Positions 28,208 to 39,351 of a stretch of 64,000 bases of DNA are shown in pieces. The DNA is from Tepidisphaera sp. (GTDB lineage Bacteria > Planctomycetota > Phycisphaerae > Phycisphaerales > UBA1924). Positions within the stretch are counted from its first letter, which is position 1. Every line of letters starts with the position of its first letter. The DNA is taken from positions 3,232,001 to 3,296,000 of the forward strand of contig CP051526.1 in the NCBI GenBank assembly GCA_050916045.1. Reading direction: 5' to 3'. The notes under the pieces are model-generated. The model was not told the DNA's origin, ran no database searches, and saw nothing but the letters and a program-made list of their open reading frames with translations. The translations under genes and the position numbers were made by a program.

Positions 28208-30850
28208 ATGAGAGAATCAAGCCGTCGTTCCGTGTCGGTTCTGTCCGTGGTGAAAGCTGCGGGGTTCGCGGCGCCATTCGCGATCGGCGCTTTCGCGGTC
28301 GCGTCCGAGCCGTGCTCGTCGACGTGGGTGCGCGGGCAGGGCGCTGTGGGCCGATCCGATTCCGTCCTGGCGCAGACGCTTTGGGACCCCGACGGCGACG
28401 GTCCGCGCGGCCCGGTGGTCCTGGTGGCGGGCGGGCCGGGAACCGCCCGAGGTGCCATCGTCGGCAACATTGAAGCAGGCAGCATTTCAAGCTGGGACCC
28501 AGCGACGGGCGTCTGGGAGAAGGTCGCCGATCCGGTCGACGGCGTGATCCGCGCTCTCGCCGTGCTTCCCGACGGGAGCATCGTCGCCGGCGGCAACTTC
28601 CTGACCGCCGGGAATGTGCAAGCTCAGAACATCGCCCGGTGGGACGGCACGCGTTGGAACGCGTGGGGGCTGGGCGTCTACGGGACCGTTCGTGTGATCG
28701 TGCCCAGACCCGACGGAAGCGTGGTGGTCGGCGGAGAGTTCAACCGGGCCGGAAGCACGACGCTCAGCAACATCGCTCGCTGGAACGGACAAATCTGGTC
28801 CCGGGTCGGGGACGGGGGCGTCGCCGGGCCGGTCAACGCCATCACCGAGCTGCAAGATGGTTCGCTTGTGGTGGCCGGGCGTTTCCAGCGAGCCGATCGC
28901 GTCGCCAACACCGCGAACATCGCGCGATGGACGGGCTCGGCATGGGTTTCGATCGGCGGCGGCCTCGTCCGCGAGGTCTTCGATGTGGAGCGGACTCCCT
29001 CGGGAGCGGTTCTCGCCGCTTCCAACGTCGGCGCGTCCGAGGGCGGCATCTTCAAGCTCAACGGCCAGACGTGGGAGGTTCTGTCCGGCGGGTTGGCGCA
29101 ATCGCCCCGCGCCCTGCTGGTACTGGGCGAGACGGAATTCATCGCCGCAGGCGACTTCCAGGGCGCGGCCAATGGCGCGCCGCCGTATGGGGTCGGTCGG
29201 TGGCGTGACGGCGAATGGCAGCCCGTGGGCGGCGGTGTCAGAGGAAGCCCGTTCTGCTTGACGGGTCTGCCGGGCGGCGGATTCGTGATGGGAGGAGCCT
29301 TCCGCGAGGTGGCGACGACCATCGCGGCGAACATCGGTCATTGGAACGGAGCCGAGTGGCTTCCCCTTGGCACCGGCGTCTCGGGATATGTCTCCGCAAT
29401 CGCGGTGCTTCCCGACGATCGCGTCATCGTGGGCTGTGACCTGGCGCTAGGCACCACGGGCACGCGGTTCATGGTCAAGGACGGAGAACAGTGGACCCGG
29501 CTGGGGCAGGACTTCCCCAACGGAGCCAATCCCGCGATCCGGTCCGTGCTTGTTCTGCCGACTGGAGAACTGGTCGCCAACGGCAGCTTCGCGTTCCCGG
29601 GTGACCAGTTCCTCACCGGAGTCGTCCGATTCGACGGGCAGGAGTGGGTTCGGTTTCCCCAAGCCCCGATCTTCCCGCGAGCGGACCTTGTCGCCGGGGA
29701 AGCCGGCGAGTTCTTCGCGTCCGGTGAGTACACGCCCCCCGGAGGCGTGCGGGGCGACCACGTCGTGCGTTGGACGGGTGATTCCTGGACGACTCTGGGC
29801 TCGGGGATGAACGCTCCGGTGTCAAGCCTTGTGCGCGGACCGTCCGGCGATCTCTACGCGGGAGGATTTTTCTCCCTCGCGGGCGGCACGCCGGTGAACG
29901 GGCTCGCCCGATGGGACGGCGCCCGCTGGCAGAGCCTTCAGTTCTCCGAGCGCGGCACCGTGGACAGCGTCGCGATTCTGCCCGACGGCCGCGTCGCGGT
30001 TTGCTTCCCTTTCGGGCCCGATCCCGAGGGCTTTTTCAGCGAGGTTGCGCTGCTTGAGAACGGGGTCTGGCGCCGGCTTGGAGGACGCATCGCCGGTCCG
30101 CAGCAGCTCAAGTTGCACGCGAGGCCCGACGGCACGCTGCTCGCGTTCGGTCCGATCCGGCTCGCGGATGGCTCTCGCGTGCAGATAATCCGCTGGACCG
30201 GATCGGAGTGGGTCCCGATCTCGGATGGGATCGATTCCGACATCGTCTGTGCGCTCTCGGCTCCGGACGGCGATCTTCTCGTCGGCGGCTACTTCGAGCG
30301 AGCGGGCGAACACGTCTCTCGCTTCTTCGCTCGCCTGCACGAACCACGCCCGCTTCGCATCGGCCGCCAAGCGGACTCGGCGCGTCTCTGCCTCAACGGC
30401 CGGACGACCTTCTCGGTCGAGGTCGCCGAGGGAAGCCCCGACACGGTGCGCTGGGAAGCTCAGCTCGCGGACGGTTCCTGGGTTCCGCTTTCGGACGGAG
30501 AGCTTCGCTCCGACCGGGGCACGCTGCTGGGACATCTGGCCGGGTCGGCCACGTTGTCTCTGACGATCGAACTGAATCCCAACATGGCTGCTTCGAGCTC
30601 GTATCGCGCGTTCCGCTGCCGCGTGGAGAACGACTGTGGAGCGGTCTCCTCCGAGCCGGCTTCCCTCGCGATCTGCGCTGCCGACTTCAACTGCGACGGG
30701 TTCATCGATTTCTTCGACTACGACGGGTTCGTCGCGTGCTTTGGAAGCGGCGAATGCGGCCCGGACCAGTCGGCCGACGTCAACGTCGACGGATTCGAGG
30801 ACTTCTTTGACTACCTCGACTTCGTGACCGCCTTCGAGTCCGGTTGCTGA
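28208..30850 (+). CDS. secreted beta-propeller repeat protein with Ig-like domain and GC-type dockerin-like anchor
   Basis: Many DG.IV.GG.F...NIARW.G..W repeats; C-terminal ADFNCDGFIDFFDYD / ADVNVDGFEDFFDYLDF pair. Confidence 0.85.
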   Translation: MRESSRRSVSVLSVVKAAGFAAPFAIGAFAVASEPCSSTWVRGQGAVGRSDSVLAQTLWDPDGDGPRGPVVLVAGGPGTARGAIVGNIEAGSISSWDPATGVWEKVADPVDGVIRALAVLPDGSIVAGGNFLTAGNVQAQNIARWDGTRWNAWGLGVYGTVRVIVPRPDGSVVVGGEFNRAGSTTLSNIARWNGQIWSRVGDGGVAGPVNAITELQDGSLVVAGRFQRADRVANTANIARWTGSAWVSIGGGLVREVFDVERTPSGAVLAASNVGASEGGIFKLNGQTWEVLSGGLAQSPRALLVLGETEFIAAGDFQGAANGAPPYGVGRWRDGEWQPVGGGVRGSPFCLTGLPGGGFVMGGAFREVATTIAANIGHWNGAEWLPLGTGVSGYVSAIAVLPDDRVIVGCDLALGTTGTRFMVKDGEQWTRLGQDFPNGANPAIRSVLVLPTGELVANGSFAFPGDQFLTGVVRFDGQEWVRFPQAPIFPRADLVAGEAGEFFASGEYTPPGGVRGDHVVRWTGDSWTTLGSGMNAPVSSLVRGPSGDLYAGGFFSLAGGTPVNGLARWDGARWQSLQFSERGTVDSVAILPDGRVAVCFPFGPDPEGFFSEVALLENGVWRRLGGRIAGPQQLKLHARPDGTLLAFGPIRLADGSRVQIIRWTGSEWVPISDGIDSDIVCALSAPDGDLLVGGYFERAGEHVSRFFARLHEPRPLRIGRQADSARLCLNGRTTFSVEVAEGSPDTVRWEAQLADGSWVPLSDGELRSDRGTLLGHLAGSATLSLTIELNPNMAASSSYRAFRCRVENDCGAVSSEPASLAICAADFNCDGFIDFFDYDGFVACFGSGECGPDQSADVNVDGFEDFFDYLDFVTAFESGC

Positions 30851-30914
30851 AGAGCGAGCGAGAGTGCGGACGAGGTCACGAACGCGGAAAAAGTCAGAAA
30901 CGTTCGCACGCTGT

Positions 30915-31658
30915 TCATCCCAAAGCGGAGACACCGCCGCCGCTCGGGCCGCCGCTCGCCGGTGACGGCGTTCCGCACTCCGGGCACGGCCCGGGAGGCG
31001 CACCCCGCCGGTCATACCCGCACGCTAAGCACTGCCCCGCGCTCCGCCGCTTGCGGTATCGCCACGCGTGCACCGCCGGAGCCGCTCCCCAAAGCAGCGT
31101 CCAGATCGCAAGGTTCCCCGCCAGGCCTGCCGGGTTCACACCCCACGGCACAAGCCACAGGTACGGGAACGTGTTGGACTCCAGCCGAATACCCCCGACC
31201 AGCCGTTCATAACCCGGGGTGTCGCCGAACGTCAGGCACACGCTCGACTCCACCGCCGACAACGGAAAGCCGGCCCGGTGCCGATGGAACTCAAGCCCGG
31301 TCCGCCCCATCGTGCTCTCCCCCAAAGGCCCCAGAAGCTCCACATCCGCCTCGGTGACCCGCTCGGCAAGCGCGACGTCCCACCGGGCGGTCGAAACGGT
31401 CGCCATCGCGTACACCGACCGATACGGAGTCGCCGCGACGCGTTCATACCCAAGCCACGCGAACCGGCCGGAGCTGATCGCCGTGTCAAAGTCGCGCCCC
31501 GCGTGCGAAAACACCCGCCGGACGGGCACGCCCATCCACTCCGGCTTGCTCCACGCCACCACAAGCGGCCCGTACGTCAACACGACGGTGCACACCACGC
31601 CCGCCATCAGCGCGAGCGTCCACCGCCGCCGCGAACTTTGAGGACGCGCCATCACCAT
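30915..31658 (-). CDS. membrane protein with C-terminal zinc ribbon
   Basis: N-terminal TM, second TM, then CLACGY...CPECG. Confidence 0.7.
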   Translation of the reverse strand: MVMARPQSSRRRWTLALMAGVVCTVVLTYGPLVVAWSKPEWMGVPVRRVFSHAGRDFDTAISSGRFAWLGYERVAATPYRSVYAMATVSTARWDVALAERVTEADVELLGPLGESTMGRTGLEFHRHRAGFPLSAVESSVCLTFGDTPGYERLVGGIRLESNTFPYLWLVPWGVNPAGLAGNLAIWTLLWGAAPAVHAWRYRKRRSAGQCLACGYDRRGAPPGPCPECGTPSPASGGPSGGGVSALG

Positions 31659-31747
31659 GCCGCAAGCCTACCGACTGGCCCCGCCTGATGTTGCCTCGCC
31701 GTCGGGAACGCCGCCGCGATATCCGCCTTCTCAGGAGACGGCTCGCT

Positions 31748-33148
31748 CTAGTACTCGCGGTCGACCAGGATGCCCGGCTGAGGCACCGGGTACCGGCCCT
31801 GAGCGTCCGACGGGAGCGGCGAGGGCGAATCAAGCGTCAGTTGGTCGACGTTCGGCGCGAACTCGTGCTTGCACTCAAGCATGGCTTTGTACGAGACTTC
31901 ACGGCCGGTGTGGGCGGCCATGCGGCCCATGCAGCACACGAGCGTGGCTTCGATGCCGTACTTCGCCTCGTTGTAGGGCTTCCCGTCGCGGATGGCGGCG
32001 ATGAAATCGTCCCATTCGTTCTGGTACGGGCTTCCCTCTTCCTTGAAGCTCGCGGTGATGCTGTCCTTGCTCATCGTGCGGTTGTTGAAGATGACCGACG
32101 GCGCCCCGCAGTCGCTGTTGCTCGAAACGATCGCCGCGCCCTTGGTCCCGAGCATGTGGCTCGAGAAGATCTCCTGGCATCCGTCGATGTTCCGGCCGTT
32201 GAACATCTGCTTGGTCCCGTCGGCGTAGGTGTACTCGACGCCGTAGGAGTCAAAGTTCTGGTCGACGTTCAGTTCCCCGTTCTTCTTGGCTTTGTAGTGC
32301 CGCCCGCCGTACCCCACGGCTTTGACGGGCAGAGCATCCTTCATCCAGCAGAGCTGATCGATGATGTGGATGAAGAAATCGTTGTACCCGCCGCCGCTCG
32401 CCCAGAAGTACCCGTGGAACCGGCGGAGCTGATACTCAAGATCGCTGATCCCTGCGGGCTTGGGCCCCGAGCGGAAGGTCGCGATCTCGCCCTGCATCCG
32501 GTACCCGTGCTGCGAGATGATCTCGCCGATCTCGCCGTCGCGGACGCGAGCGACAAGCTGCTGCATCGGCCGGCTGTGCCGCGACATCAGCCCGACCGCC
32601 ACACGCAACCCCTTCTTCTCCGCCTGCTCCGCGAGGTCGAGCATCCGCTTGCCCGTCGGGCCGTCGACGCAGAGCGGCTTCTCCATGAACACGTTCAAGC
32701 CCTTCTCGATCGCGTACTTGAAGTGCACCCAGCGGAACGCCGGCGGCGTCGCCATGATCACCACATCGCCCGGCTTGAGGCAATCCATCGCTTTCTTGTA
32801 CCCGTCGAACCCCGCGAAACGCCTTTCTTCCGGCACGTCCATCGTCGTCGAATCGTGCGATTCGGAAAGGCCCTCGTGGCAGGCTTTGAGACGATCCTTG
32901 AACGCGTCGGCCATCGCAACAAGCTTCATCGGACCGCGAGGAACCGACAGAGCGTTGTTCGCCGCGCCGCCGCCACGGGAGCCACACCCGACAAGAGCGA
33001 CCTGGATGGTCTCATCGCCGGAGCGGTGAACGCCGCCGAGCACATTCGCACCCGCGAGCCCCGCAAACCCGTGCGTCGCGAGAATCGAGGCAGCCGCAAA
33101 CCCCGTGGTGTCCGTCAGAAACTCGCGACGCGTGGTGGACCTGTTCAT
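31748..33148 (-). CDS. Tat-exported Gfo/Idh/MocA family oxidoreductase
   Basis: TRREFL signal, LVGCGSRG, TPPAFR, EKP; GAGGAG RBS. Confidence 0.9.
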   Translation of the reverse strand: MNRSTTRREFLTDTTGFAAASILATHGFAGLAGANVLGGVHRSGDETIQVALVGCGSRGGGAANNALSVPRGPMKLVAMADAFKDRLKACHEGLSESHDSTTMDVPEERRFAGFDGYKKAMDCLKPGDVVIMATPPAFRWVHFKYAIEKGLNVFMEKPLCVDGPTGKRMLDLAEQAEKKGLRVAVGLMSRHSRPMQQLVARVRDGEIGEIISQHGYRMQGEIATFRSGPKPAGISDLEYQLRRFHGYFWASGGGYNDFFIHIIDQLCWMKDALPVKAVGYGGRHYKAKKNGELNVDQNFDSYGVEYTYADGTKQMFNGRNIDGCQEIFSSHMLGTKGAAIVSSNSDCGAPSVIFNNRTMSKDSITASFKEEGSPYQNEWDDFIAAIRDGKPYNEAKYGIEATLVCCMGRMAAHTGREVSYKAMLECKHEFAPNVDQLTLDSPSPLPSDAQGRYPVPQPGILVDREY

Positions 33149-33315
33149 GAAACTCCTCGTGGGATCGTGTGCCTCGGCCCCGTCCGTCGCGCGCCGACGC
33201 CCGGGGATGCCGATTTCGTCTCCCAGCCTACAGGATTTTCCCGTCCCGCGCGCAACGATCCCCGCACGATCGACTCACTCGATCAAGCGTCTGTAACGCT
33301 CGCCATCGCTGAAAC

Positions 33316-33400
33316 TGGGCCCGGTGGGAATCGAACCCACATGCCCCGCGAAGGGCCGCGGATTTTAAGTCCGCTGCGTCTGCCGTTCCGCCACGGGCCC
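33316..33400 (-). tRNA. tRNA-Leu (anticodon TAA), CCA not encoded
   Basis: GGGCCCG acceptor stem, GGCAGACGC D-arm, CT-TAA-AA loop, long variable arm, GTTCGATTC T-loop. Confidence 0.95.
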
Positions 33401-33510
33401 GACCCGCCCAGTGTAGTTGACCCCGCTCCCGCGCGACCCGTGAGATCCCGCGCTGGAACGCGCTCCGGACAAAATGGCCGCGGGCTCCGGGGTCGCCGGA
33501 GCCCGCGTCA

Positions 33511-33983
<473 letters not shown>

Positions 33984-34009
33984 CCGATTCTACGCCGATA
34001 CCATCCGCG

Positions 34010-35062
34010 ATGCCCGAGAACGCCCGGCCCGAAACCCAACGCGAACCCCCCCGCGACAACCCACGCACCGTCGCCGTCTGGACCTCCGCCGAGCGCGTCG
34101 CGCTCGTCCGAGAGGTCGTCACCGCGTGCGGCCTCACCGTCTCGCAAGCCGGCTCCCCCCACTCCCCCGACACCCGCCGCGTCGCTTCCGAACTCCGCGC
34201 CGCGCCCGAGGACGACCTCCGCCGACTCGTCGTCGACCCCGACGGCGCCGTCAACTGCATCCTCCTCGCCGACCTTGCGGAAGAGCCCGCACTCGACGCC
34301 CGAACCCTCGCCCAAGCCTCCGCCAAAGGCGCCAAAATCGCCTCCCTCGAGCCCATCCCCCACTCTGCGCTCGCCCTCACCAGCGGCGGCTGGGTCGACG
34401 CCGCCCAGCCGCACACCGCACGAAGCATCCTCGGCCTCCTCCGACATTCCCGCGCCGCCCGCGACGCCGCCGAGATCCTCGAACGCTTCACCTCCCCCCA
34501 CGCTGCCATGTTCGAGAGCCTCTGCGGCCCGCACGAAGGCTCTCTCGGCGCTCGGCTCTTTGACGCCCTCGACTCCCTCCACGCGATCATGGGGGAAGCC
34601 GAGACGATCACCGCTTCGTTCACGCCCGCCCCCGGCGCTCCCGCCGCCCCGCCCGACGGCCTCATCGCCCTCTCAGGAACGATCTCCGCCACGCTCCGCT
34701 TCGCAAGCGGCCGCACCGCAAGCGTCTTCGCCTCCAACCGCGCCGCCTCCTGGCGTCGCTCATCGACCATCCTCGCCGCCCCAGGACGCCTCACCCTCAC
34801 CGACGCGGGCTTTGAATGGCGCGACGAATCCGGCGCGGTCGTCGACCTCTCTTCCCAAGCCTCCGAAGGCCCGACCTGGACCGCCTTCCGCACCCTCAGC
34901 GAAGCCCTCGCACGCTTCCTCGACCCCGCCGCGCCCGCCGAAGCACCCACCGACCTCCCGGCCGTCCTCTCCATGGCCCAAGCGGTGCTCCTCGCCGCTC
35001 GCACCAGCCAGCCCGAATCCCCCGCCACGATCCGCCGCATGGTTGGGCTCCCAGAGAAATAG
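34010..35062 (+). CDS. hypothetical protein, possibly a degenerate Gfo/Idh/MocA-like fold
   Basis: Coding-like bias; DDLRRLV..D, KIASLEP and ATLRFASG echo the family, but the nucleotide-binding Gly motif is missing. Confidence 0.55.
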   Translation: MPENARPETQREPPRDNPRTVAVWTSAERVALVREVVTACGLTVSQAGSPHSPDTRRVASELRAAPEDDLRRLVVDPDGAVNCILLADLAEEPALDARTLAQASAKGAKIASLEPIPHSALALTSGGWVDAAQPHTARSILGLLRHSRAARDAAEILERFTSPHAAMFESLCGPHEGSLGARLFDALDSLHAIMGEAETITASFTPAPGAPAAPPDGLIALSGTISATLRFASGRTASVFASNRAASWRRSSTILAAPGRLTLTDAGFEWRDESGAVVDLSSQASEGPTWTAFRTLSEALARFLDPAAPAEAPTDLPAVLSMAQAVLLAARTSQPESPATIRRMVGLPEK

Positions 35063-35110
35063 CCGCGCACCAAGCCCGCGGTTTCGCCTCCGGTCCTGTA
35101 TCCTGCGGGC

Positions 35111-36565
35111 ATGCTCAGCGCCCTCTTCGCCATCGCCGCTCTCTCCGCCGATCCACCCAAGCCCTTCGGCGCCTGCCCCACACCCGCGCAGGTCGCCTGG
35201 CACGACCTTGAGTTCTACGGCTTCGTCCACTTCACCACCAACACCTTCACCGGCAAGGAATGGGGCTTCGGCGACGAGTCCCCGAGCATCTTCGCGCCCA
35301 CCGCGCTCGACACCACACAGTGGGCCAGAGTCGCCAAAGACGCCGGCATGAAGGGCCTGATCCTCACAGCCAAGCACCACGACGGGTTCTGCCTCTGGCC
35401 CAGCGCCTTCACCTCCCATTCGGTGAAAGCCTCTCCCTACAAGGACGGCAAGGGCGACGTCGTCCGCGAGTTCGCCGACGCCTGCCGCGCGCAAAACCTC
35501 AAGGTCGGCTTGTACCTCTCCCCTTGGGACCGCAACCATGCCGACTACGGCAAGCCGGCGTACGTCTCCTACTACCGCGACCAGTGGAAAGAGCTCATTA
35601 CCACCTACGGCCCGCTCTTTGAAATCTGGCAGGACGGAGCCAACGGCGGCGACGGCTACTACGGCGGAGCCCGCGAAACCAGGAAGATCGACCGCGTCAG
35701 CTACTACGACTGGCCCACCACCAACGCCGGCATCCTCGCCCAGGATCCCTCCATCATCATCTTCTCCGATGCTGGCCCAGGCTGCCGCTGGGTCGGCAAC
35801 GAATCCGGCTACTCCGACGAAGAAAGCTGGCAGACCATCAACCTCTCGGGCATGTACCCGGGCGTCTCGCACGACCACCTCGCCAAGGGTGACAAGAACG
35901 GCTCGCACTGGGTCGGCGTCGAGGTCGACGTCTCGATCCGCCCGGGCTGGTTCTACCACGAGAACGAGAACGCCAAGGTCAAATCCGGTGCCGATCTCGT
36001 CGACATCTACTTCCGCTCCGTCGGCCGCGGAGCCAACCTGCTTCTCAACATCCCACCCGACACCCGAGGGATCTTCCACGAACGCGATGTGGCTTCACTC
36101 CGCGAGATGCGAGCCGCGCTCGACGCCATCTTCAAGACCGACCTCGCGAAGGGCCGCCAAGCCTCCGGCCCCGCCCGAGGCAACGACGCCAAGTTCTCCC
36201 CCGCCATGCTCACCGACGGCGACCCGGCGACGTACTGGGCCACCGACGACGCCACGACGACCGCCGAGACCGTGATCGAACTCGGCGCCGAAACCACCTT
36301 CAACGTCGTCAAGCTCCGCGAGCACATCCACCTCGGCCAGCGCGTCGAACGCTTCACCGTCGAAGCATGGTCCGGCGGCGCGTGGAAGCCCGTCGCTAGC
36401 GGCACGACCATCGGGCCCCAGCGGATTCTTCGTCTCCCCGAGACCAAAGCCTCGCGTGTCAGGCTCCGCATCGACGCCGCGCTCGCCTGCCCCACCATCA
36501 GCGAATTCTCGATCTACCACGGCCCCGAGAAAAGCCTGCCCCCGCTCGCCAAGCCAGCCCGGTGA
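35111..36565 (+). CDS. alpha-L-fucosidase (GH29) with C-terminal F5/8-type domain
   Basis: AKHHDGFCLWPS, YLSPWD, WQDGA, EVDVSIRPGWFYH, SVGRGANLLLNIPP. Confidence 0.92.
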   Translation: MLSALFAIAALSADPPKPFGACPTPAQVAWHDLEFYGFVHFTTNTFTGKEWGFGDESPSIFAPTALDTTQWARVAKDAGMKGLILTAKHHDGFCLWPSAFTSHSVKASPYKDGKGDVVREFADACRAQNLKVGLYLSPWDRNHADYGKPAYVSYYRDQWKELITTYGPLFEIWQDGANGGDGYYGGARETRKIDRVSYYDWPTTNAGILAQDPSIIIFSDAGPGCRWVGNESGYSDEESWQTINLSGMYPGVSHDHLAKGDKNGSHWVGVEVDVSIRPGWFYHENENAKVKSGADLVDIYFRSVGRGANLLLNIPPDTRGIFHERDVASLREMRAALDAIFKTDLAKGRQASGPARGNDAKFSPAMLTDGDPATYWATDDATTTAETVIELGAETTFNVVKLREHIHLGQRVERFTVEAWSGGAWKPVASGTTIGPQRILRLPETKASRVRLRIDAALACPTISEFSIYHGPEKSLPPLAKPAR

Positions 36566-36568
36566 TTC

Positions 36569-37483
36569 TCACCCTCCGCCGAGCGGCACGACCAGCCCGG
36601 GAATCTCTTCCACGCGCGGCGGCGACGACAGATCCACCGGCAGGTACACCCCGCGATCATGGTCGCTGTTGAGAATCACCGCGTTGGGCGGCACGATCCG
36701 CACGCCCGACTCCGCGTGCTCATGCCCGATCAGGAAGAGGTTGATCCCCCACCGCTCGACCAGGTCCTCGAGCAGCTCGGCGTCGTGCGACCGGCCCCAG
36801 ACCATGTTGTACGCGCTGCCCACCAGCGGCTCGTAGTCGCGGGGCTCAAGATCCCGCGACAGGATCGTCGGATCAAACCGCGCCATCTGCCCCGGGCTGG
36901 GCAAGCTGTGCGAGCAGAGCAGGTGCCGCCCGCCCGGACGTCCGTCCGGCCCCAGGCACTCCACCCGCATCGCAATCGGCATCGACATCACGAAAGCCTT
37001 GATCGCTTCCGCCACCTTCGGAGCGTCATCCGCGTACGCGTACTCAAGCCCGGCGTTGAACGCATCCACCACGCGCACGCCGTCCTTCAAGATCGCCGTG
37101 CCAAGCACCTGCGCAAGCTCGTGATTGCCCAGAAGCACGTGCACCCGCTCGGGAAACTCGGCTTTGAGCGCCGCCACCCGCGCCAGCGCCCGGAACGAAA
37201 AATCCATCCCGTTCACCATCCGCGGCGGGTGGATGATCTCGTGAAGCGTCAGATGCGGTCCGGCCTGCGCCGCCGACAGTCCATCCATCCCGGCGTCGCG
37301 GACCAGCTTGGCCATGTGCATCGGGTTGTCGTGCAGATCGCCCGTCGCCAGAAGCATGCCGGGAGCTTCGATCACGTCGATCGAGCCGCGGCGGCACGAA
37401 GCCCCACGATTGGCTTCCGCTCCCGCCATCATCAGGTCGATGACGGTCCCCGCATTGCCGAGTTGAAGAGCGGCCAGATCCAT
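36569..37483 (-). CDS. calcineurin-like metallophosphoesterase
   Basis: GDLHD, GNHE, HS, GHE motifs. Confidence 0.85.
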   Translation of the reverse strand: MDLAALQLGNAGTVIDLMMAGAEANRGASCRRGSIDVIEAPGMLLATGDLHDNPMHMAKLVRDAGMDGLSAAQAGPHLTLHEIIHPPRMVNGMDFSFRALARVAALKAEFPERVHVLLGNHELAQVLGTAILKDGVRVVDAFNAGLEYAYADDAPKVAEAIKAFVMSMPIAMRVECLGPDGRPGGRHLLCSHSLPSPGQMARFDPTILSRDLEPRDYEPLVGSAYNMVWGRSHDAELLEDLVERWGINLFLIGHEHAESGVRIVPPNAVILNSDHDRGVYLPVDLSSPPRVEEIPGLVVPLGGG

Positions 37484-37510
37484 CTCGCGGCGCCCGGTCC
37501 TCTCTGACGC

Positions 37511-38419
37511 TTACGCGTCCGGAGCGCTGTCCATCGGGTTGAACCCGCCGGTGCCCTCGCGCTTGGCGCGGAGGATGCCCAGGATGAGCTGGAGCCGGTC
37601 GGCGACGAACCGCATCGATTCCGGCCGCTTCTCCGAGTCCACCTCGACGCACTGCATGATGATCTCGTTGAGCTTGGGGTGGATCCGCTGGTTGAGCGAG
37701 ATCGCCGGCTTGGGCTTCTCGATCAGGTTATCATCAAGCCTGCTGACGAGCGAATCCCCGCCGGCGAGGGCGGTGGGCACCTTCGTCCGCGTGAGCATGA
37801 AGTACATGGTCGCGCCGAGGTTGTAGATGTCGGTCTTGCCCGTGATCGGGCGGCAGTGCACCTGCTCGGGCGCGATGTAGTCGGGCGTGCCCTGGATGCG
37901 TTCCTTGACCGTGCCGACTTTGCAGCTCTGGCCCAGGTCGATGATCTTCACCTCGCCGTCGGAGGTGACGACGATGTTGTTGGGCTTCATGTCCGCGTGG
38001 ACGAACCCGCGTTCGTGCATGTACGCGAGGGCGTCGGCGGTCTGTTCGAAGATGCTGACGGCTTCCTCGAAGGTGCGCGGCGGCCGGCGGTCGAGGGCTT
38101 CTCCGTCGACCAGCTCCATGACGATGTACAGATCGGTGACGCCGCTCAGCAGGCCAGCCCGCTTGCGAACCACGCGGTCGATCTTGCGGATCTTGGGGTG
38201 CGCGAGCTGGCGGTTGATGTCCGCTTCGGCTTCGGCCTGATCCAGGAACCGCTGGTCCTTGGGCTCGAGCTTGGCGACGTGTTTGAGAGCCCAGATGTGG
38301 TCGGTCTTGGTGTCCTTGGCCAAGTAGATAATCGAGGCCGCCCCACGGCCCAATTCGCCGAGGATCCTGAAACCCTCGACCGTGTCCCCCTTTTTGTGCT
38401 CCGTCATCACTCGCGTCAT
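37511..38419 (-). CDS. Ser/Thr protein kinase (catalytic domain only)
   Basis: LGRGA, ALK, HADMKPNN, DLG, GTPDYIAPE; start could be 38407. Confidence 0.92.
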   Translation of the reverse strand: MTRVMTEHKKGDTVEGFRILGELGRGAASIIYLAKDTKTDHIWALKHVAKLEPKDQRFLDQAEAEADINRQLAHPKIRKIDRVVRKRAGLLSGVTDLYIVMELVDGEALDRRPPRTFEEAVSIFEQTADALAYMHERGFVHADMKPNNIVVTSDGEVKIIDLGQSCKVGTVKERIQGTPDYIAPEQVHCRPITGKTDIYNLGATMYFMLTRTKVPTALAGGDSLVSRLDDNLIEKPKPAISLNQRIHPKLNEIIMQCVEVDSEKRPESMRFVADRLQLILGILRAKREGTGGFNPMDSAPDA

Positions 38420-38718
38420 GCCACAGACTTTCCCGACCGTCTCCGACCGTGTTAACCGACCTCCCGACCGCCCGCCGATCAAGACAGATGTTTCCCCGTC
38501 GCTTGCGCTTCAAAAAACTCGCCGGCAGGAAGAAACCCCGCCGATCCCCCGGAGGGGGGCCTCCGGGATAGGCCCTAACACTAGCGCGGCCCCCGTCCCT
38601 CGTCATGCCTGTCCCGGTATCGACTGTTCACCCCGACGGCTCAACTCCGGGCATGGGCACCCCAAAACGACCACCGCCCGACCATTCGGCCGGGCGGTGA
38701 GGAACGGTTGCATGAAAG

Positions 38719-39351
38719 TTATCCGCCGAAAGCTTCGCGGAACGCCGCAGCTCCGAAACCGGGGCCGAGCTTGGAGAAATCTACGCGATCAAAGCTGATG
38801 CCGTGCTGACGCATGAGGTCCGCGACCATCACACGTGTCCGCTCGAACTGGCTCTCGGTCAGGCGATCCCGGCGGCTGTTGCCCACCAACGCGACCACGA
38901 TCGTGCGATCATCGATCAGGCCCGGAGCGTAAAGCTCGGACCCCGCCCGCTGATCACGCCAGAAGTTGCACTCGTAAGACTTGCCATCGTCCAAGCCGCG
39001 ACCGTTGCCGATCACGAAGTGGTATCCCACACCCTCCGCCACACCGAGCGCGGCACCCTGCTCGCGAAGCGTTCCCGCATCGGCGAACGGAGAACCCGTG
39101 TCCACCAGCACGATCCGCGACCAGCGGCCGGTCTGAGCTTTGGTGATCGAAGTGCCGCTCGTGCGGCTCTTGGCCATCAGGGCCTGCGCCTCGCTCGACT
39201 TCGCGGAGGGATCCAGAGCGTAAAGCACGCCGCCGACGGTCGTCATCGACGCGACCAAGGCCACCCAGATCACCCGAGCCCGCGCGGAGATCCCGCCCTG
39301 GCCCTTGCCAGAGGATTTCGCACGACGGGATGGGGCTCGTTTGGTTGCCAC
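38719..39351 (-). CDS. membrane-anchored Amidase_2-like protein lacking zinc ligands
   Basis: N-terminal TM; WSRIV, GYHFVIGNG...DG, IVVALVGN, LTESQ pattern. Confidence 0.65.
   Translation of the reverse strand: MATKRAPSRRAKSSGKGQGGISARARVIWVALVASMTTVGGVLYALDPSAKSSEAQALMAKSRTSGTSITKAQTGRWSRIVLVDTGSPFADAGTLREQGAALGVAEGVGYHFVIGNGRGLDDGKSYECNFWRDQRAGSELYAPGLIDDRTIVVALVGNSRRDRLTESQFERTRVMVADLMRQHGISFDRVDFSKLGPGFGAAAFREAFGG

Noticed and set aside
33316..33400. tRNA as an integration site for an island
   Set aside because: No integrase and no duplicated tRNA 3' end seen in the window
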